From Planctomycetota bacterium (GTDB lineage: Bacteria > Planctomycetota > UBA8108 > SXIK01), in NCBI GenBank assembly GCA_965223265.1, contig OZ244999.1:5536001-5600000 (forward strand): DNA of 64,000 bases. Direction: 5' to 3'. Positions 47,920 through 57,802 of the stretch are shown here, piece after piece (positions within the stretch are counted from its first letter, which is position 1; each line of letters begins with the position of its first letter). A program made the translations under genes and the position numbers. Under the pieces are notes generated by a model. It did not search any database. It saw nothing but the letters and a program-made list of their open reading frames with translations, and was not told the DNA's origin.

Positions 47920-49215
47920 ATGTTCCGACGACGAAGCGTACCGCTGTATTCTTCGAGGTCTCGCCTGACGAGTACCCTCTTGACGATTCTCTCCCTGTCC
48001 ACCTCTTGCGCTGCTCAGCTCGGTGCTGCCGATTGGCCGCAGTGGCGCGGCCCGCAGCACAGCGGCATCTCCATCGAGACAACCTGGAGCGCTGATTGGA
48101 GCGCCGGCCCGCCGCAGGCGATCTGGGAAGCGGCGGTCGGCATCGGCTTCGCGTCGGTGGCGGTCGCCGAGGGACGTCTCGTCACAGCTGGTCACGCGGA
48201 CGGGAAGGACACGGTCTGGTGCTTGAGCACGTCCACCGGCGAGGTTCTCTGGACGCACCGCTACGCCTGCCCGATCTGGGACCGTCAGCACGAAGGAGGC
48301 CCCGGAGCTACACCCGCGATCGCCGACCGACGCGTCTACACTCTCAGCCGTGAAGGGCACCTCTTCTGCCTCGACATGCGGACCGGTGCGGTCCACTGGC
48401 AGACGAACGTGCGTCAGCGGTACAACGTCGCGCCGCGGCCGTCCGAACCGCAAAAGGACTACGGCTACACGGGTTCGCCCCTCGTCGCAGGTCGGCTGCT
48501 CGTCGTGCCCGTCGGTGGCAAGAACGCCAACACCGTAGCGTTCGATCGCATGTCGGGGGCGGAGGTCTGGGCCTCGGGCAACGAGTCGGGGCAGACGGGC
48601 GCCGGCTACGCAACGCCGGTTGCGTTCTCGTGGAAGGGCGTCGATTACCTCGCGATCTTTTCGCTCAAGGAGCTTGAGGTGCTCGAGCTGAAAAGCGGGC
48701 GTCGCCGAACGCTCTTTCCCTGGCCAACGTCATACGGGGTGAACGCCGTGACGCCGTGCATCGAGGAGAACCGCATCTACATCGCGTCCGATTTCGGCTC
48801 CGGCATTGCGGGGATTGAGTTCGACGGGTCCACTCTGCGCGAACTCTTCCGCCGCAACGATGTCCTCTGTAAGTTTACGAACCCGATTCTACGCGGCGGT
48901 TCCATCTACGCTACGACGACAGCCGGGGTGTTCAAGTGCATCGACGCGACGAGCGGCGAGCTGCGCTGGCAACACCGTAGCCTCCCTAATGCCTCGCTCC
49001 TCCTAGCGGGCGACCGATTCCTCTGCCTGGGAGATCGCGGCAACCTCATCGCCGCGGAGATGAACGCTCAGGGCTATCGGGAAATCGCCCGCACTCAGGT
49101 CCTCGACGGTCGCTGCTGGACGCCCCCCGTACTCGCGAACGGCATCCTCTACGTGCGTAACGCGGCAGGCAAACTCCGCGCACTCGACGTCACCTCGCCC
49201 GGATCAAGCCAATAG
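47920..49215 (+). CDS. PQQ-like beta-propeller repeat protein (BamB-like, planctomycete expanded family)
   Basis: Signal peptide, ADWPQWRGP, GPGATP, repeated CLD..TG...W, WTPPVLANG.LYVRN. Confidence 0.88.
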   Translation: MFRRRSVPLYSSRSRLTSTLLTILSLSTSCAAQLGAADWPQWRGPQHSGISIETTWSADWSAGPPQAIWEAAVGIGFASVAVAEGRLVTAGHADGKDTVWCLSTSTGEVLWTHRYACPIWDRQHEGGPGATPAIADRRVYTLSREGHLFCLDMRTGAVHWQTNVRQRYNVAPRPSEPQKDYGYTGSPLVAGRLLVVPVGGKNANTVAFDRMSGAEVWASGNESGQTGAGYATPVAFSWKGVDYLAIFSLKELEVLELKSGRRRTLFPWPTSYGVNAVTPCIEENRIYIASDFGSGIAGIEFDGSTLRELFRRNDVLCKFTNPILRGGSIYATTTAGVFKCIDATSGELRWQHRSLPNASLLLAGDRFLCLGDRGNLIAAEMNAQGYREIARTQVLDGRCWTPPVLANGILYVRNAAGKLRALDVTSPGSSQ

Positions 49216-49382
49216 ATCGATGCCGGCGATGGGTGTCGCAGAGACCTCGTCCGACATCTGAACCGCGACGCCCGCTCTTGATTTCGCCCCGCTTCAGGAT
49301 GCGAACGCTGCGCGTCGACACTAGCGGATCTCTGTGTGAGGCGATCCGGTAGCCCACTGCTCGGATCTCTTTGCCGTTCTGA

Positions 49383-49829
49383 ATAGAGGCGGAGGATGTA
49401 ACATATCGCGAGGGAAGCATCGTGCTGGGGTATCACCACATGGGTGGTGTCCAAGACAACGAAGGTCGCTACGGGGAGTTTAGGTTCGTGTGCGTCGGTG
49501 ATGTGATGAACACAACAGACGGCGACGAGTGCCTTCCTCCGCGCTTCCTGCGAGGCGAGTGCAATGACGACGGTGCGATCGACATTGCCGACGCGGTTTG
49601 CATCCTGAATTGGCGTTTTTCGGGCACGGAGACTCCCGGCTGCGTGGCCGCGACGAACGTCAACGGCGACGAGGTCGTCGACCTTTCGGACGCGGTCTGG
49701 CTGCTCAACTACCTGTTCGTCGGCGGTTTCCCTCCTCCGGTCGCGCCGTATCCCGACTGCGGGTCCGGGTGGTTGGTAGCTGACAGCGAGCTGGGGTGTC
49801 TGACGGCGCCCAAGGTCTGCCAGCCCTGA
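49383..49829 (+). pseudogene. 5'-truncated remnant of a dockerin-tailed secreted protein
   Basis: Intact FLRGECNDDGAIDIAD..NVNGDEVVDLSD module from 49545; the frame opens only after TGA at 49380-82; no signal peptide or RBS. Confidence 0.6.
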
Positions 49830-50326
49830 AAGCGTCGCGGAGAACCGCTGCGTTCGTCCGTCAGATCGGCGCCAAGATTCTCCCTGCTCGAGTCGGAGAT
49901 CAAGCTTCCGACCTGAACAGATCCCGCCAGCGAATCGCGCCGAACGTCATTTGGAAGAGAAACCCACGAAAAGCGGCGATCTCTGACTTTAACTGGAGTT
50001 TGACGCCTACAAAAAAACGGCGAGTAGGACGGCGAATGCTGCGTCAATAGCGGTGTTTCGAGACGCGGCGGCACGCGAAGCATACTTCACCATACGTGAG
50101 CATCGCCGACCGAGTCGCGTTTCCTGCCGTCACTTTCTTCGCAGACGTTGAGGTCTGAGACCAATGAATCGTCTGCGAAGATTCAGACGTCGAATCTGAT
50201 CTCCAACGACCCCGTGGAAATCTCTTCCGCGATAGCTGAAGATACATGCAGTGATAGAGACTGCTCCCTGCGGCGGGCCGCCGGATCGTCCCGCGGCGTA
50301 GTGGACGAAACGACAAGGAACTTGCG

Positions 50327-50533
50327 ATGGATTTGAAGGTCATTCTGGAACCTGGAGAGGACGGCGGCTTCGTCGCGCACGTTCCCGCCCTGCGAGGATG
50401 TTGGTCACAAGGACGGACGCGCGACGATGCAGTTCAGAACGTCAAGGGAGCGATCAAAGCTTGGCTCGAGGTCGAGCAGGACAAAGCTGACACGAGCGAC
50501 AAGGGTGGAGAGATCGAACTGGTGCAGGTGTAG
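50327..50533 (+). CDS. hicB: HicB-family antitoxin (short form, no DNA-binding domain)
   Basis: VILEPGEDGGFVAHVPALRGCWSQG.T.DDA..NV..AI..WL; AAGGA RBS. Confidence 0.9.
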   Translation: MDLKVILEPGEDGGFVAHVPALRGCWSQGRTRDDAVQNVKGAIKAWLEVEQDKADTSDKGGEIELVQV

Positions 50534-50553
50534 CCTGTAAGGAGGCCGGCCAC

Positions 50554-50778
50554 ATGCCGAAGCTCCCGGTGATCAGTGGACGGCAGGCAAGGCGTGCCTT
50601 CGAGCAAGCCGGCTGGGTATTCAATCGCCAGCGAGGGAGCCACATGGTACTCGTCAAGTCGGGCGCTCGATTCAACCTGACGATCCCCGACCACAGGGAG
50701 CTGGACAGAGGCCTCCTGCGCGGCTTGATCCGCGACGCTGGCCTGACAGTCGACGAGTTTGTGGCCTTGTTGGACTGA
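50554..50778 (+). CDS. hicA: HicA-family toxin (mRNA interferase)
   Basis: MPKLPVISG..GW...RQRGSHM..TIPDH.EL.RGLL..LIRDAGL..DEF; AAGGAGG RBS. Confidence 0.92.
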   Translation: MPKLPVISGRQARRAFEQAGWVFNRQRGSHMVLVKSGARFNLTIPDHRELDRGLLRGLIRDAGLTVDEFVALLD

Positions 50779-51075
50779 CAGCCCCCCATGGTGCCTCGAG
50801 GTATCACGATCTGTCGACTCGCCGAGCCCGACGCAACCCACGAAAGCCGTATCAACTTCGTCGAGAATTCGACCCTTTCGACGGATCGTCTCTCCGCTGA
50901 AGGCGCCGCGGAATCCGGGTTTGGGAGACGTGATCCGCTTCGACGAAAGGCTCGTTGGAGGACGTAGCGTTCACCGTGTGAGTCCACAAGGCGCCGTTAG
51001 TTAGGCTACATACCAAAGACTCTCTGAGTCTTTTTTCGCAGAATTCGCGAGACTTTTGAGCGTCTCGAGCGATCT

Positions 51076-51704
51076 GTGGCTGACATGATCGATGAAACGC
51101 GTCGAAGACAACAGATCGAACGGGCTCGCAGCGGTGACCAAGCGGCGCTCGAGGAGCTGTTCGCGCCGCTCCGAGAGCGTTTGCTCGCGACGATCCGCGC
51201 TCGCCTGAGTCCGCCGGTGCGGCGAAGTGTCGACCCTGAGGATGTCCTCCAGGACACTTTCATCCGAGCGCTTCACTCACTGAAGCGTTTCGAGTGGAGA
51301 GGAGAGGAGAGGAGTCGCTCCGCCGCTGGCTATAATCCATCGCGACCCACGTGGCGCTGGATGCGGCCCGGCATCAAGGCCGACGGAAAGTGCTACAAAT
51401 CGACCGGGACATCACCGGCGCGGCTCCGTCTCCGAGCAAGACGCTGCGGAGAGCGGAGCGATTCGAGCGTCTGAGAAAGTCGATGGAGACATTAGCTGAG
51501 GACTACCAGACCGTCCTCAAGCTCTCGCGCATCGAAGGCTGTTCGCTGAAGGAAATCGCGGCGCGAATGGACGGATCTGAAAGCGCCGTCAAGAATCTCC
51601 TGCTACGGGCGACGAGGCAGCTCAAACGATCTTTCGGCGATACCGAGAGCCTGAACCTTGGTGACGAGCATTTCGAAGGTGAGGGTGATTCAGATGCTCT
51701 CTGA
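51076..51704 (+). pseudogene. ECF sigma-70 factor, disrupted by a frameshift and an in-frame stop
   Basis: Region 2 (GDQAALEELF..DPEDVLQDTF) and region 4 (L.EDYQTVLKL..IEG.SLKEIAARM..SESAVK.LL.RA) lie in different frames; GGAGA x3.8 at 51296-51314; TAA at 51333-35 in the downstream frame. Confidence 0.85.
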
Positions 51705-54700
51705 TTCAAATGAACCGAAGCGCGACTCGCTCGAAACCGACAACGAACTCGAAAATCTGTTCGCCGTTTACGTCGACCGGTTGAACCGCGGCGAACGGTT
51801 CCACCGCCAGGAGATTCTGGCGAAGCACCCCCTCGTCGGCGAGGAGCTGATTCAATGCCTTGAGGACTACGTCGAGTTGGAACGGGTCCCGGAGTGGAAT
51901 GAACCCCTCAGTACGCTCGGCGACTACACCCTCTGCCGGCAGATCGGCCGCGGCGGCATGGGGGTGGTGTACGAGGCATGGCAAGGCTCTATGGACCGGC
52001 GCGTCGCACTCAAGGTTCTACCACCGGGCGTTGCCGCGGACGACAAAGCATTCCACCGCTTCATGCGCGAGGCAAAGGCGGCTGGGAAGCTCGACCATCA
52101 GAACATCGTCTCAGTGCACGCGGCAGGGTTTGACGACAGCACGCCATACTTTTCCATGGAGTACGTCGAGGGGGAGACGCTCGCGCAGGTGCTCAGGGTA
52201 CTCACGGATGCTGAGGCCGAAACCGCCTCGCCGTTCGGGCCGAAGGATCAGGGCGACTATTTCATCCGACTCGCGCACGCCTTTGCCGATGTCGCCGACG
52301 GTCTCCAGCACGCGCACTCCAAGGGTGTCATCCACCGCGACATCAAACCGTCGAACCTGATTCTGGATGTTGGAAGCGACCAAGGAGGGAGCTTCCAAGG
52401 TCGACTCCGCATTCTCGACTTCGGCCTGGCGCATCTGGAGGGACAGGATTCCCTCACTCTCTCAGGTGACCTTGTCGGCACGCCCGCCTACATGAGCCCC
52501 GAGCAGGCACGGCGGCAGAAGATTCCGGTCGATCATCGCACGGACATCTACAGCCTCGGCGCGACGATGTACGAGGTGTTCACCGGGCTGGCGCCGTTTC
52601 GCGGCAGAGACCACGCCGAGACGCTCTCGCAGATCATCGACCGCGACGCCCGGCCTCTGCGGCAGTTGAATGCGCGGGTGCCAGAGGATCTTGAGACGCT
52701 GGTCCTCAAGTGTCTTCGCAAGGATGCCGGAGAGCGTTACGGAAGTGCTGAAGCTTTGGCGCAAGATCTGCGGCGGTTTGTGCGCGGGGATCCGATTGAG
52801 GCGCGGCCGGAGGGGCGATGGACAAGATGCGTTCGCCGCGCGCTCGGGCAACGCCGTCGCATCGGCACAGCTGCCGTGACGGTTTTCGCGTGCGTCGCCG
52901 GGGCGCTCCTTCTGCGAGACTCTCAGGCTCGGCGGCAGGATCAGATCCGGCGCGACTACGAGGAGAAGGTGCTGGCGGCGCTCGTTCAGTTCGAAGAGGC
53001 ACGGCTTCTCGAGAGTGCCGATGCGACCGGAGCGCTCTCCATCCGGCAACCCGAGCTCCTGGCGGCGGACGAGACGGTCCTCCGTCGTACGCACCGTGTC
53101 CTCGAGGGAGTCCGCAGACTAGAGGACGCCACGCGATCGCTGCCGGGGCGTCCGGAAGCTTACTACTCCAAAGCGAGAGGGCTGGTCCTCCTCGATCAGG
53201 CCGACGAAGCCGAGAAGGCGCTCGACCGTGCCCTGGCTGCCGATCCCAACTTTCTTCCCGCCATCCTCCTCAGGAGCGAGCTGCGCGGGGAAGAGTTTTC
53301 GCGGGCAGTTACCGGAAAAGAGGAGCCTCGGCAAAGGGAATGGGTTCGCGCCTTGCTCCCGGCTCACCGAGCTGTGCGTGAGGCTCGCCCGCGCGAAACC
53401 GCAAAAGCCTTCACGGAGCTCATCCGCTTCGAGGAAAAGCATGGTGAACCTTACCTCGGGGCCTCCATCGAAGCACGTCTTGGGCGGGGTATCGCCCACC
53501 TCGAAGCTCAGAACCAGTCGCAGGCGATCGAGGATTTCGCCGTCTGCCGGGATCGGTACCCCACCTACCTCGAGCCCGTTCTACTTCTGGCTCGAGCCTA
53601 CTACCAGAAAGGTGAGGAGCACGAGTCGGCGAGGGCCTTCGCGCAGTCCTACGACAACGCCGAGGCAAACCGGAGAGATGGCATCGCGCTGTGGATCGCC
53701 ACGATCTACAGTAGCGAAAGAGACTTCGCGCGCGGGCTGAACTGGGCGAAGAAGATCAGCGACGATTTCCTCAAGGCCAGCCTCACGTCCTACTTCTATT
53801 GGTCCCTCGGCCAGCTGGAAGAAGCGGAGCGCACGGCGCGAGACGCGATACGGCTCAGGCCTGACGAGGCCATCCCTTGGCAGCGACTCGCGCTCACGCT
53901 GTTCTTCAAGAGTGACTTTAGCGGTGCTCTGGAAGCGGCTTCCAAGGCCGTCGCGCTGCGTCCAGAGCTTGCTGATGGGCACTTCCTGCGTAGCGCGTGC
54001 CTCGTCTGGCTTGAGAAACCGAACGAGGCGGTGGTGGCGATTGAGGAGGCGATCCGCCTTCGCCCGGAGGCGGCGCACTACCACGCTCGCCTCGGCAGGG
54101 CTCTTCACCGAGCGGGTAGAGCTCGAGAAGCGAAAAAGGTCTGTGAAGACTTTCTCCGGCGTGCTCCGCGCTCGGCGGGTGTTCTCTCGCTTCTCGGGCT
54201 CTTACTCAAGGAGGAGAAGGATTGGGAGAGAGCCGAGGTCGAGCTGCGTAAGGCGGTCGAATGCTGGGAGGCCTTCCGCACGATGAATCCAAACGCCCGG
54301 GCGGTTTACTCCTCGACGTTGGTCCACCTCGGCGATGTTCTGCGCAGGAAGGGAGACCCTCTGCGGGCGTTTGACTGCTACCGAAAGGCCATAGAGAGAA
54401 TGCCCGACGATGCATTCGCCCATCGAAGGCTGTGCAAGCTGGCTCGTTCAGAGCACGCTCCAACATTGAGCGGCCGATGGGACGCATTCATCGGCGCGCT
54501 CGAGGAGAAGCTCGAAGCCTCGAGCCCGGGCGCCGTGCCCCTCAACACCCTGGCCGTGGCGCGTATGCAGGCGCAAGAAGCCAGGGACCTTGAGAAGGCG
54601 CTCGCGTTCGCTCGGCTGGCGGCAAGGAGGAGCGGCGAGAAGAACGCCGCTCTTCTGCTGACGCTCGCCGAGGCGCAGTACTTTGGCGGTGACAAAGAGT

Positions 54701-54801
54701 CTGCACTGAAGACGTTGAACAAGGCGCGGACCCTCCCGAACCCATCGCGCAAAATCGGCAAGCGACTCGAAGAGTACTCGCGGGAGGGAGTCTCTAACTA
54801 A
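51694..54801 (+). CDS. Hanks-type Ser/Thr protein kinase with TM segment and C-terminal TPR array
   Basis: IGRGGMGVVY, VALK, HRDIKPSN, DFGLA, GTPAYMSPEQ, DIYSLG; hydrophobic segment then many TPRs; overlaps the ECF gene end. Confidence 0.93.
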   Translation: MLSDSNEPKRDSLETDNELENLFAVYVDRLNRGERFHRQEILAKHPLVGEELIQCLEDYVELERVPEWNEPLSTLGDYTLCRQIGRGGMGVVYEAWQGSMDRRVALKVLPPGVAADDKAFHRFMREAKAAGKLDHQNIVSVHAAGFDDSTPYFSMEYVEGETLAQVLRVLTDAEAETASPFGPKDQGDYFIRLAHAFADVADGLQHAHSKGVIHRDIKPSNLILDVGSDQGGSFQGRLRILDFGLAHLEGQDSLTLSGDLVGTPAYMSPEQARRQKIPVDHRTDIYSLGATMYEVFTGLAPFRGRDHAETLSQIIDRDARPLRQLNARVPEDLETLVLKCLRKDAGERYGSAEALAQDLRRFVRGDPIEARPEGRWTRCVRRALGQRRRIGTAAVTVFACVAGALLLRDSQARRQDQIRRDYEEKVLAALVQFEEARLLESADATGALSIRQPELLAADETVLRRTHRVLEGVRRLEDATRSLPGRPEAYYSKARGLVLLDQADEAEKALDRALAADPNFLPAILLRSELRGEEFSRAVTGKEEPRQREWVRALLPAHRAVREARPRETAKAFTELIRFEEKHGEPYLGASIEARLGRGIAHLEAQNQSQAIEDFAVCRDRYPTYLEPVLLLARAYYQKGEEHESARAFAQSYDNAEANRRDGIALWIATIYSSERDFARGLNWAKKISDDFLKASLTSYFYWSLGQLEEAERTARDAIRLRPDEAIPWQRLALTLFFKSDFSGALEAASKAVALRPELADGHFLRSACLVWLEKPNEAVVAIEEAIRLRPEAAHYHARLGRALHRAGRAREAKKVCEDFLRRAPRSAGVLSLLGLLLKEEKDWERAEVELRKAVECWEAFRTMNPNARAVYSSTLVHLGDVLRRKGDPLRAFDCYRKAIERMPDDAFAHRRLCKLARSEHAPTLSGRWDAFIGALEEKLEASSPGAVPLNTLAVARMQAQEARDLEKALAFARLAARRSGEKNAALLLTLAEAQYFGGDKESALKTLNKARTLPNPSRKIGKRLEEYSREGVSN

Positions 54802-54918
54802 CGATCACGTCGCTTCGAAAGAGCCCCGCGGAGAGTGCGTCCAACCTGGGCCCCAAGATCGAAGGTTGTCGGCGCTCTCCCGAGGAACGCTCGCAATCTC
54901 AAAAACAGGAGTCTTGTT

Positions 54919-56133
54919 ATGCGTACACATCTCCAGAACCGCTTCACTTCTTGGACTGCCCGGTTCTCTTGTTCTCTGTTCTTGGCATGTCCGTGGGGCT
55001 TCGTTGGTGCTTCGGAGGGCGGCCAGTTCGTTGACGTCGAGGAGCTGGGTTTTCCTGTGAACACAGAAGAGAGCGAGCTGAGTCCCCGACTGGCGGCCGA
55101 TGGCGTCACGCTCTACTTCGGCCGGCGGGCTCCGGGCGGCGGCCAATTGGACATTTACACGGCAACACGGGGCGAAGACGGCGTCTTCGACGAGGTCGCG
55201 AAGCTAGAAGGAGACGTCAACAGCGATTTCAACGACAGCGGCGCATGCGTCTCAGCGAACGGTCTGACCTTGTTCTTCCACTCGACTCGGCCCGGTCCTG
55301 AGGCTCAGGGAGAAGCTGACCTCTACCAGGCGACACGGAGCGCGATCGGCGAACCATTCGGCGAGGTCATCAACCTGGGCCCCGAAGTGAACAGCCGCTT
55401 CATCGACAACACACCCTCCGTTTCAGCCGACGGTCGGACGCTCTATTTCTCATCCTTCAGGCCCGGCGTTGGCGGACGCGACCTCTTCCAGGCCAGCCGC
55501 GAAAACGACGAGGAGCCGTTCGGCAACGTGGTCAACCTCGGCAAGCTGATCAACACCGAGTTTAACGAAGGTGGGCCGTCCATTTCGCCGGACGGCTGCG
55601 CGTTGTTCTTCCACTCCCAGAGAGCGAGCGGCAACGGAGGCTTCTTTGGCCTCTTCATGGCAATACGAACCACAACCGATGAGCCGTTTGACCGGGTCGT
55701 AAGTCTTGCGAGTGCTCTCGACGGTCCCGTCGCCGAGTTGGCGCCGAGTGTTTCGCCCGACTGGCCGGCGGCGGGGTCGGTGCTCTACTTCGCCCAGGCA
55801 AGTAGCAGCTTTGACGGGGACCTCTTTCAAGCCACCTGGGTTCCTGCCGTGCCGAGTTTCCTCCGCGGCGACTGTAACGGCGACTCCGCGGTCGACATCT
55901 CCGATGGTATCTTTCATCTGAACGCGCTCTTCGTCGCGGACGCTGAGCAGACGACATGCTTCGAAGCGTGTAACACCAACAACGACGACGCAAGCGACGT
56001 CTCCGACGCGATCTTCACCTTCAATTTTCTCTTTGTCGCCGGTAGCGAAACTCCGGCGGCGCCCTACCCCGATTGTGCGGTGGATCCTGAGCCGGCGGGA
56101 AGCCTTGGTTGCGAGCGGCTGGCGTGTGAGTGA
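54919..56133 (+). CDS. Secreted PD40/TolB-like beta-propeller protein with C-terminal dockerin-like module
   Basis: ATG 54919 after AGGAG; repeated VN..F.D..PS.S.DG.TLYF.S.R..G..DL units; FLRGDCNGD tail from 55858. Confidence 0.85.
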   Translation: MRTHLQNRFTSWTARFSCSLFLACPWGFVGASEGGQFVDVEELGFPVNTEESELSPRLAADGVTLYFGRRAPGGGQLDIYTATRGEDGVFDEVAKLEGDVNSDFNDSGACVSANGLTLFFHSTRPGPEAQGEADLYQATRSAIGEPFGEVINLGPEVNSRFIDNTPSVSADGRTLYFSSFRPGVGGRDLFQASRENDEEPFGNVVNLGKLINTEFNEGGPSISPDGCALFFHSQRASGNGGFFGLFMAIRTTTDEPFDRVVSLASALDGPVAELAPSVSPDWPAAGSVLYFAQASSSFDGDLFQATWVPAVPSFLRGDCNGDSAVDISDGIFHLNALFVADAEQTTCFEACNTNNDDASDVSDAIFTFNFLFVAGSETPAAPYPDCAVDPEPAGSLGCERLACE

Positions 56134-56169
56134 GCGGCAACGCCTCGAAGCACTTTCTCACACCGGCTG

Positions 56170-57573
56170 CTAACCAACCAGCTGCGCGATCGGCTCAACG
56201 GTCGTGATCGAGCGGTAGACTTCGTTGGAGAAGCCGCGCTGACGGCGAAAGACGTCCGGATCGATCAGCGAGTGCATGATCGTCGCGAACACCTGGTCGA
56301 TCGAGACGTGATCGCTCTCCGGCACCGCGGCGAAACGGTCGGACGCGCCAACCACCTCCCCCATGCGCAGGCCACCTCCGGCGAAGACCAGCGGGCAGAG
56401 GTTGCCCCAGTGGTCGCGGCCACCTTGGTCATTGATCTTCGGGGTGCGGCCGAATTCGCCCGTGATGATGAAGAGAACTTTGTCCGACAACCCGCGTCTG
56501 TCGATGTCTTCGATGAACGCGCTCGCGGCCTTGTCGACCGCCGGACAGAGAACCGGCACGGAACCGGCGACATTGAAAGCACCCCCGTGCATGTCCCAGC
56601 CATGGGAGCGCACCGTGACGAAGCCACACCCAGCCTCGACCAAACGGCGCGCGAGCAGCAGCTGCTTGCCCAACGCCGTCGGTTCGAAGTTGGCGCGCAA
56701 ACGCTCCGGGTCGTCGCTCTTCGCCAAGACCGAGGCTGGTATCTTCATAGCGCTCGTATCATAGCGCTCGATCGTGCGCGGATCCTCGCGCGTGATATCG
56801 AACGCCGAGCCCACGCCTCTGAAAATCACATCGAATGCCTGCGCTTCGAAGCGGTTCATGCCGTCGACGACCGGGGAGTTCTCGAAGTCGCGACGGTGGC
56901 GGTCGAGCTGCGAGAGAAGATCGCGGCGGCGCAGCATTCTGCCCTCCGGCAAGCTGAGCTGCATGTCTTCGAGAAGGCGCGATCCGGCGCTTGGGTCGAA
57001 CGCCAAAAACGCTGGCGGCAGATGCCCAGTGAAGTTGATGCGGTCGGTCGGGACGTGGCGCCTTTTGTACTCTTCATTGAAGATGCCCGGACTCACCAGC
57101 ATGTTGCGCGGCATCCCGGTTTCCGGATGCGTCAAGCCCGCGATGTGGGCGTAGAGCGCCCCCATGTGCGCCTTCGTCGGATTGCCGCCGGCGCCGTAAA
57201 GGCGCATGGCGCTGCCGTGCCGATGCACACCATGCTGAAAGGAGCGCACGATCGCCAAACGGTCCGCGAGCGCAGCGAGGCGGGGAAAGTGCGCACCAAA
57301 GCGAACACCGGCGAGCTTCGTCGCCACATCGCCAAACATCGGACGGTAGTCCGAGGGCGCGTCCATCTTGGCGTCAAACGTTTCGGCTTGGGGCGGTCCA
57401 CCGTCAAGAAACAGAAGGACGACGGATCGATCCTTCGCCAGTGCCCCCGTCGTACCTGCCGCGGCGGTACGCGCCAAGAGCTGCGCCAGCGAGAAACCGC
57501 CGAGCGACAAACTGCCGATGCGAAGAAACTCGCGGCGGCTGCCGGTTCTTGTGCCCGCACTGAGAGTCAACAT
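56170..57573 (-). CDS. DUF1501 family protein (Tat substrate)
   Basis: SRREFLRIGSL; LFLDGGPPQAETFD.K; LLLARRLVEAGCGFVTV; WDMH; GEFGRTPKIN..GGRDHW; FAGGG. Confidence 0.92.
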   Translation of the reverse strand: MLTLSAGTRTGSRREFLRIGSLSLGGFSLAQLLARTAAAGTTGALAKDRSVVLLFLDGGPPQAETFDAKMDAPSDYRPMFGDVATKLAGVRFGAHFPRLAALADRLAIVRSFQHGVHRHGSAMRLYGAGGNPTKAHMGALYAHIAGLTHPETGMPRNMLVSPGIFNEEYKRRHVPTDRINFTGHLPPAFLAFDPSAGSRLLEDMQLSLPEGRMLRRRDLLSQLDRHRRDFENSPVVDGMNRFEAQAFDVIFRGVGSAFDITREDPRTIERYDTSAMKIPASVLAKSDDPERLRANFEPTALGKQLLLARRLVEAGCGFVTVRSHGWDMHGGAFNVAGSVPVLCPAVDKAASAFIEDIDRRGLSDKVLFIITGEFGRTPKINDQGGRDHWGNLCPLVFAGGGLRMGEVVGASDRFAAVPESDHVSIDQVFATIMHSLIDPDVFRRQRGFSNEVYRSITTVEPIAQLVG

Positions 57574-57802
57574 CGAAACGCAACCTCAACTCAAGAGAAA
57601 GTCGCGATTTACAGCGTCACAGTCTACGGTTGTGCCGTCGCGGTATCAACCGTCTCCAAGGCGCTGGTGGCACGGGTCGAGGTCTACGCGACGCCGAAGA
57701 AAGCTCACGGACGCTTGCAACCCTTGATCACCGGTCGCCGCGGGCTGCAGAATGATCCTTTTAGCGCGCGCAGCGAAAAACCCGAACCCGAAGAGGCCCC
57801 AC

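Noticed and set aside
51296-51314. Phase-variable ON/OFF switch at the GGAGA tract
   Set aside because: Only ~3.8 units, and an independent in-frame TAA would still block the restored frame.
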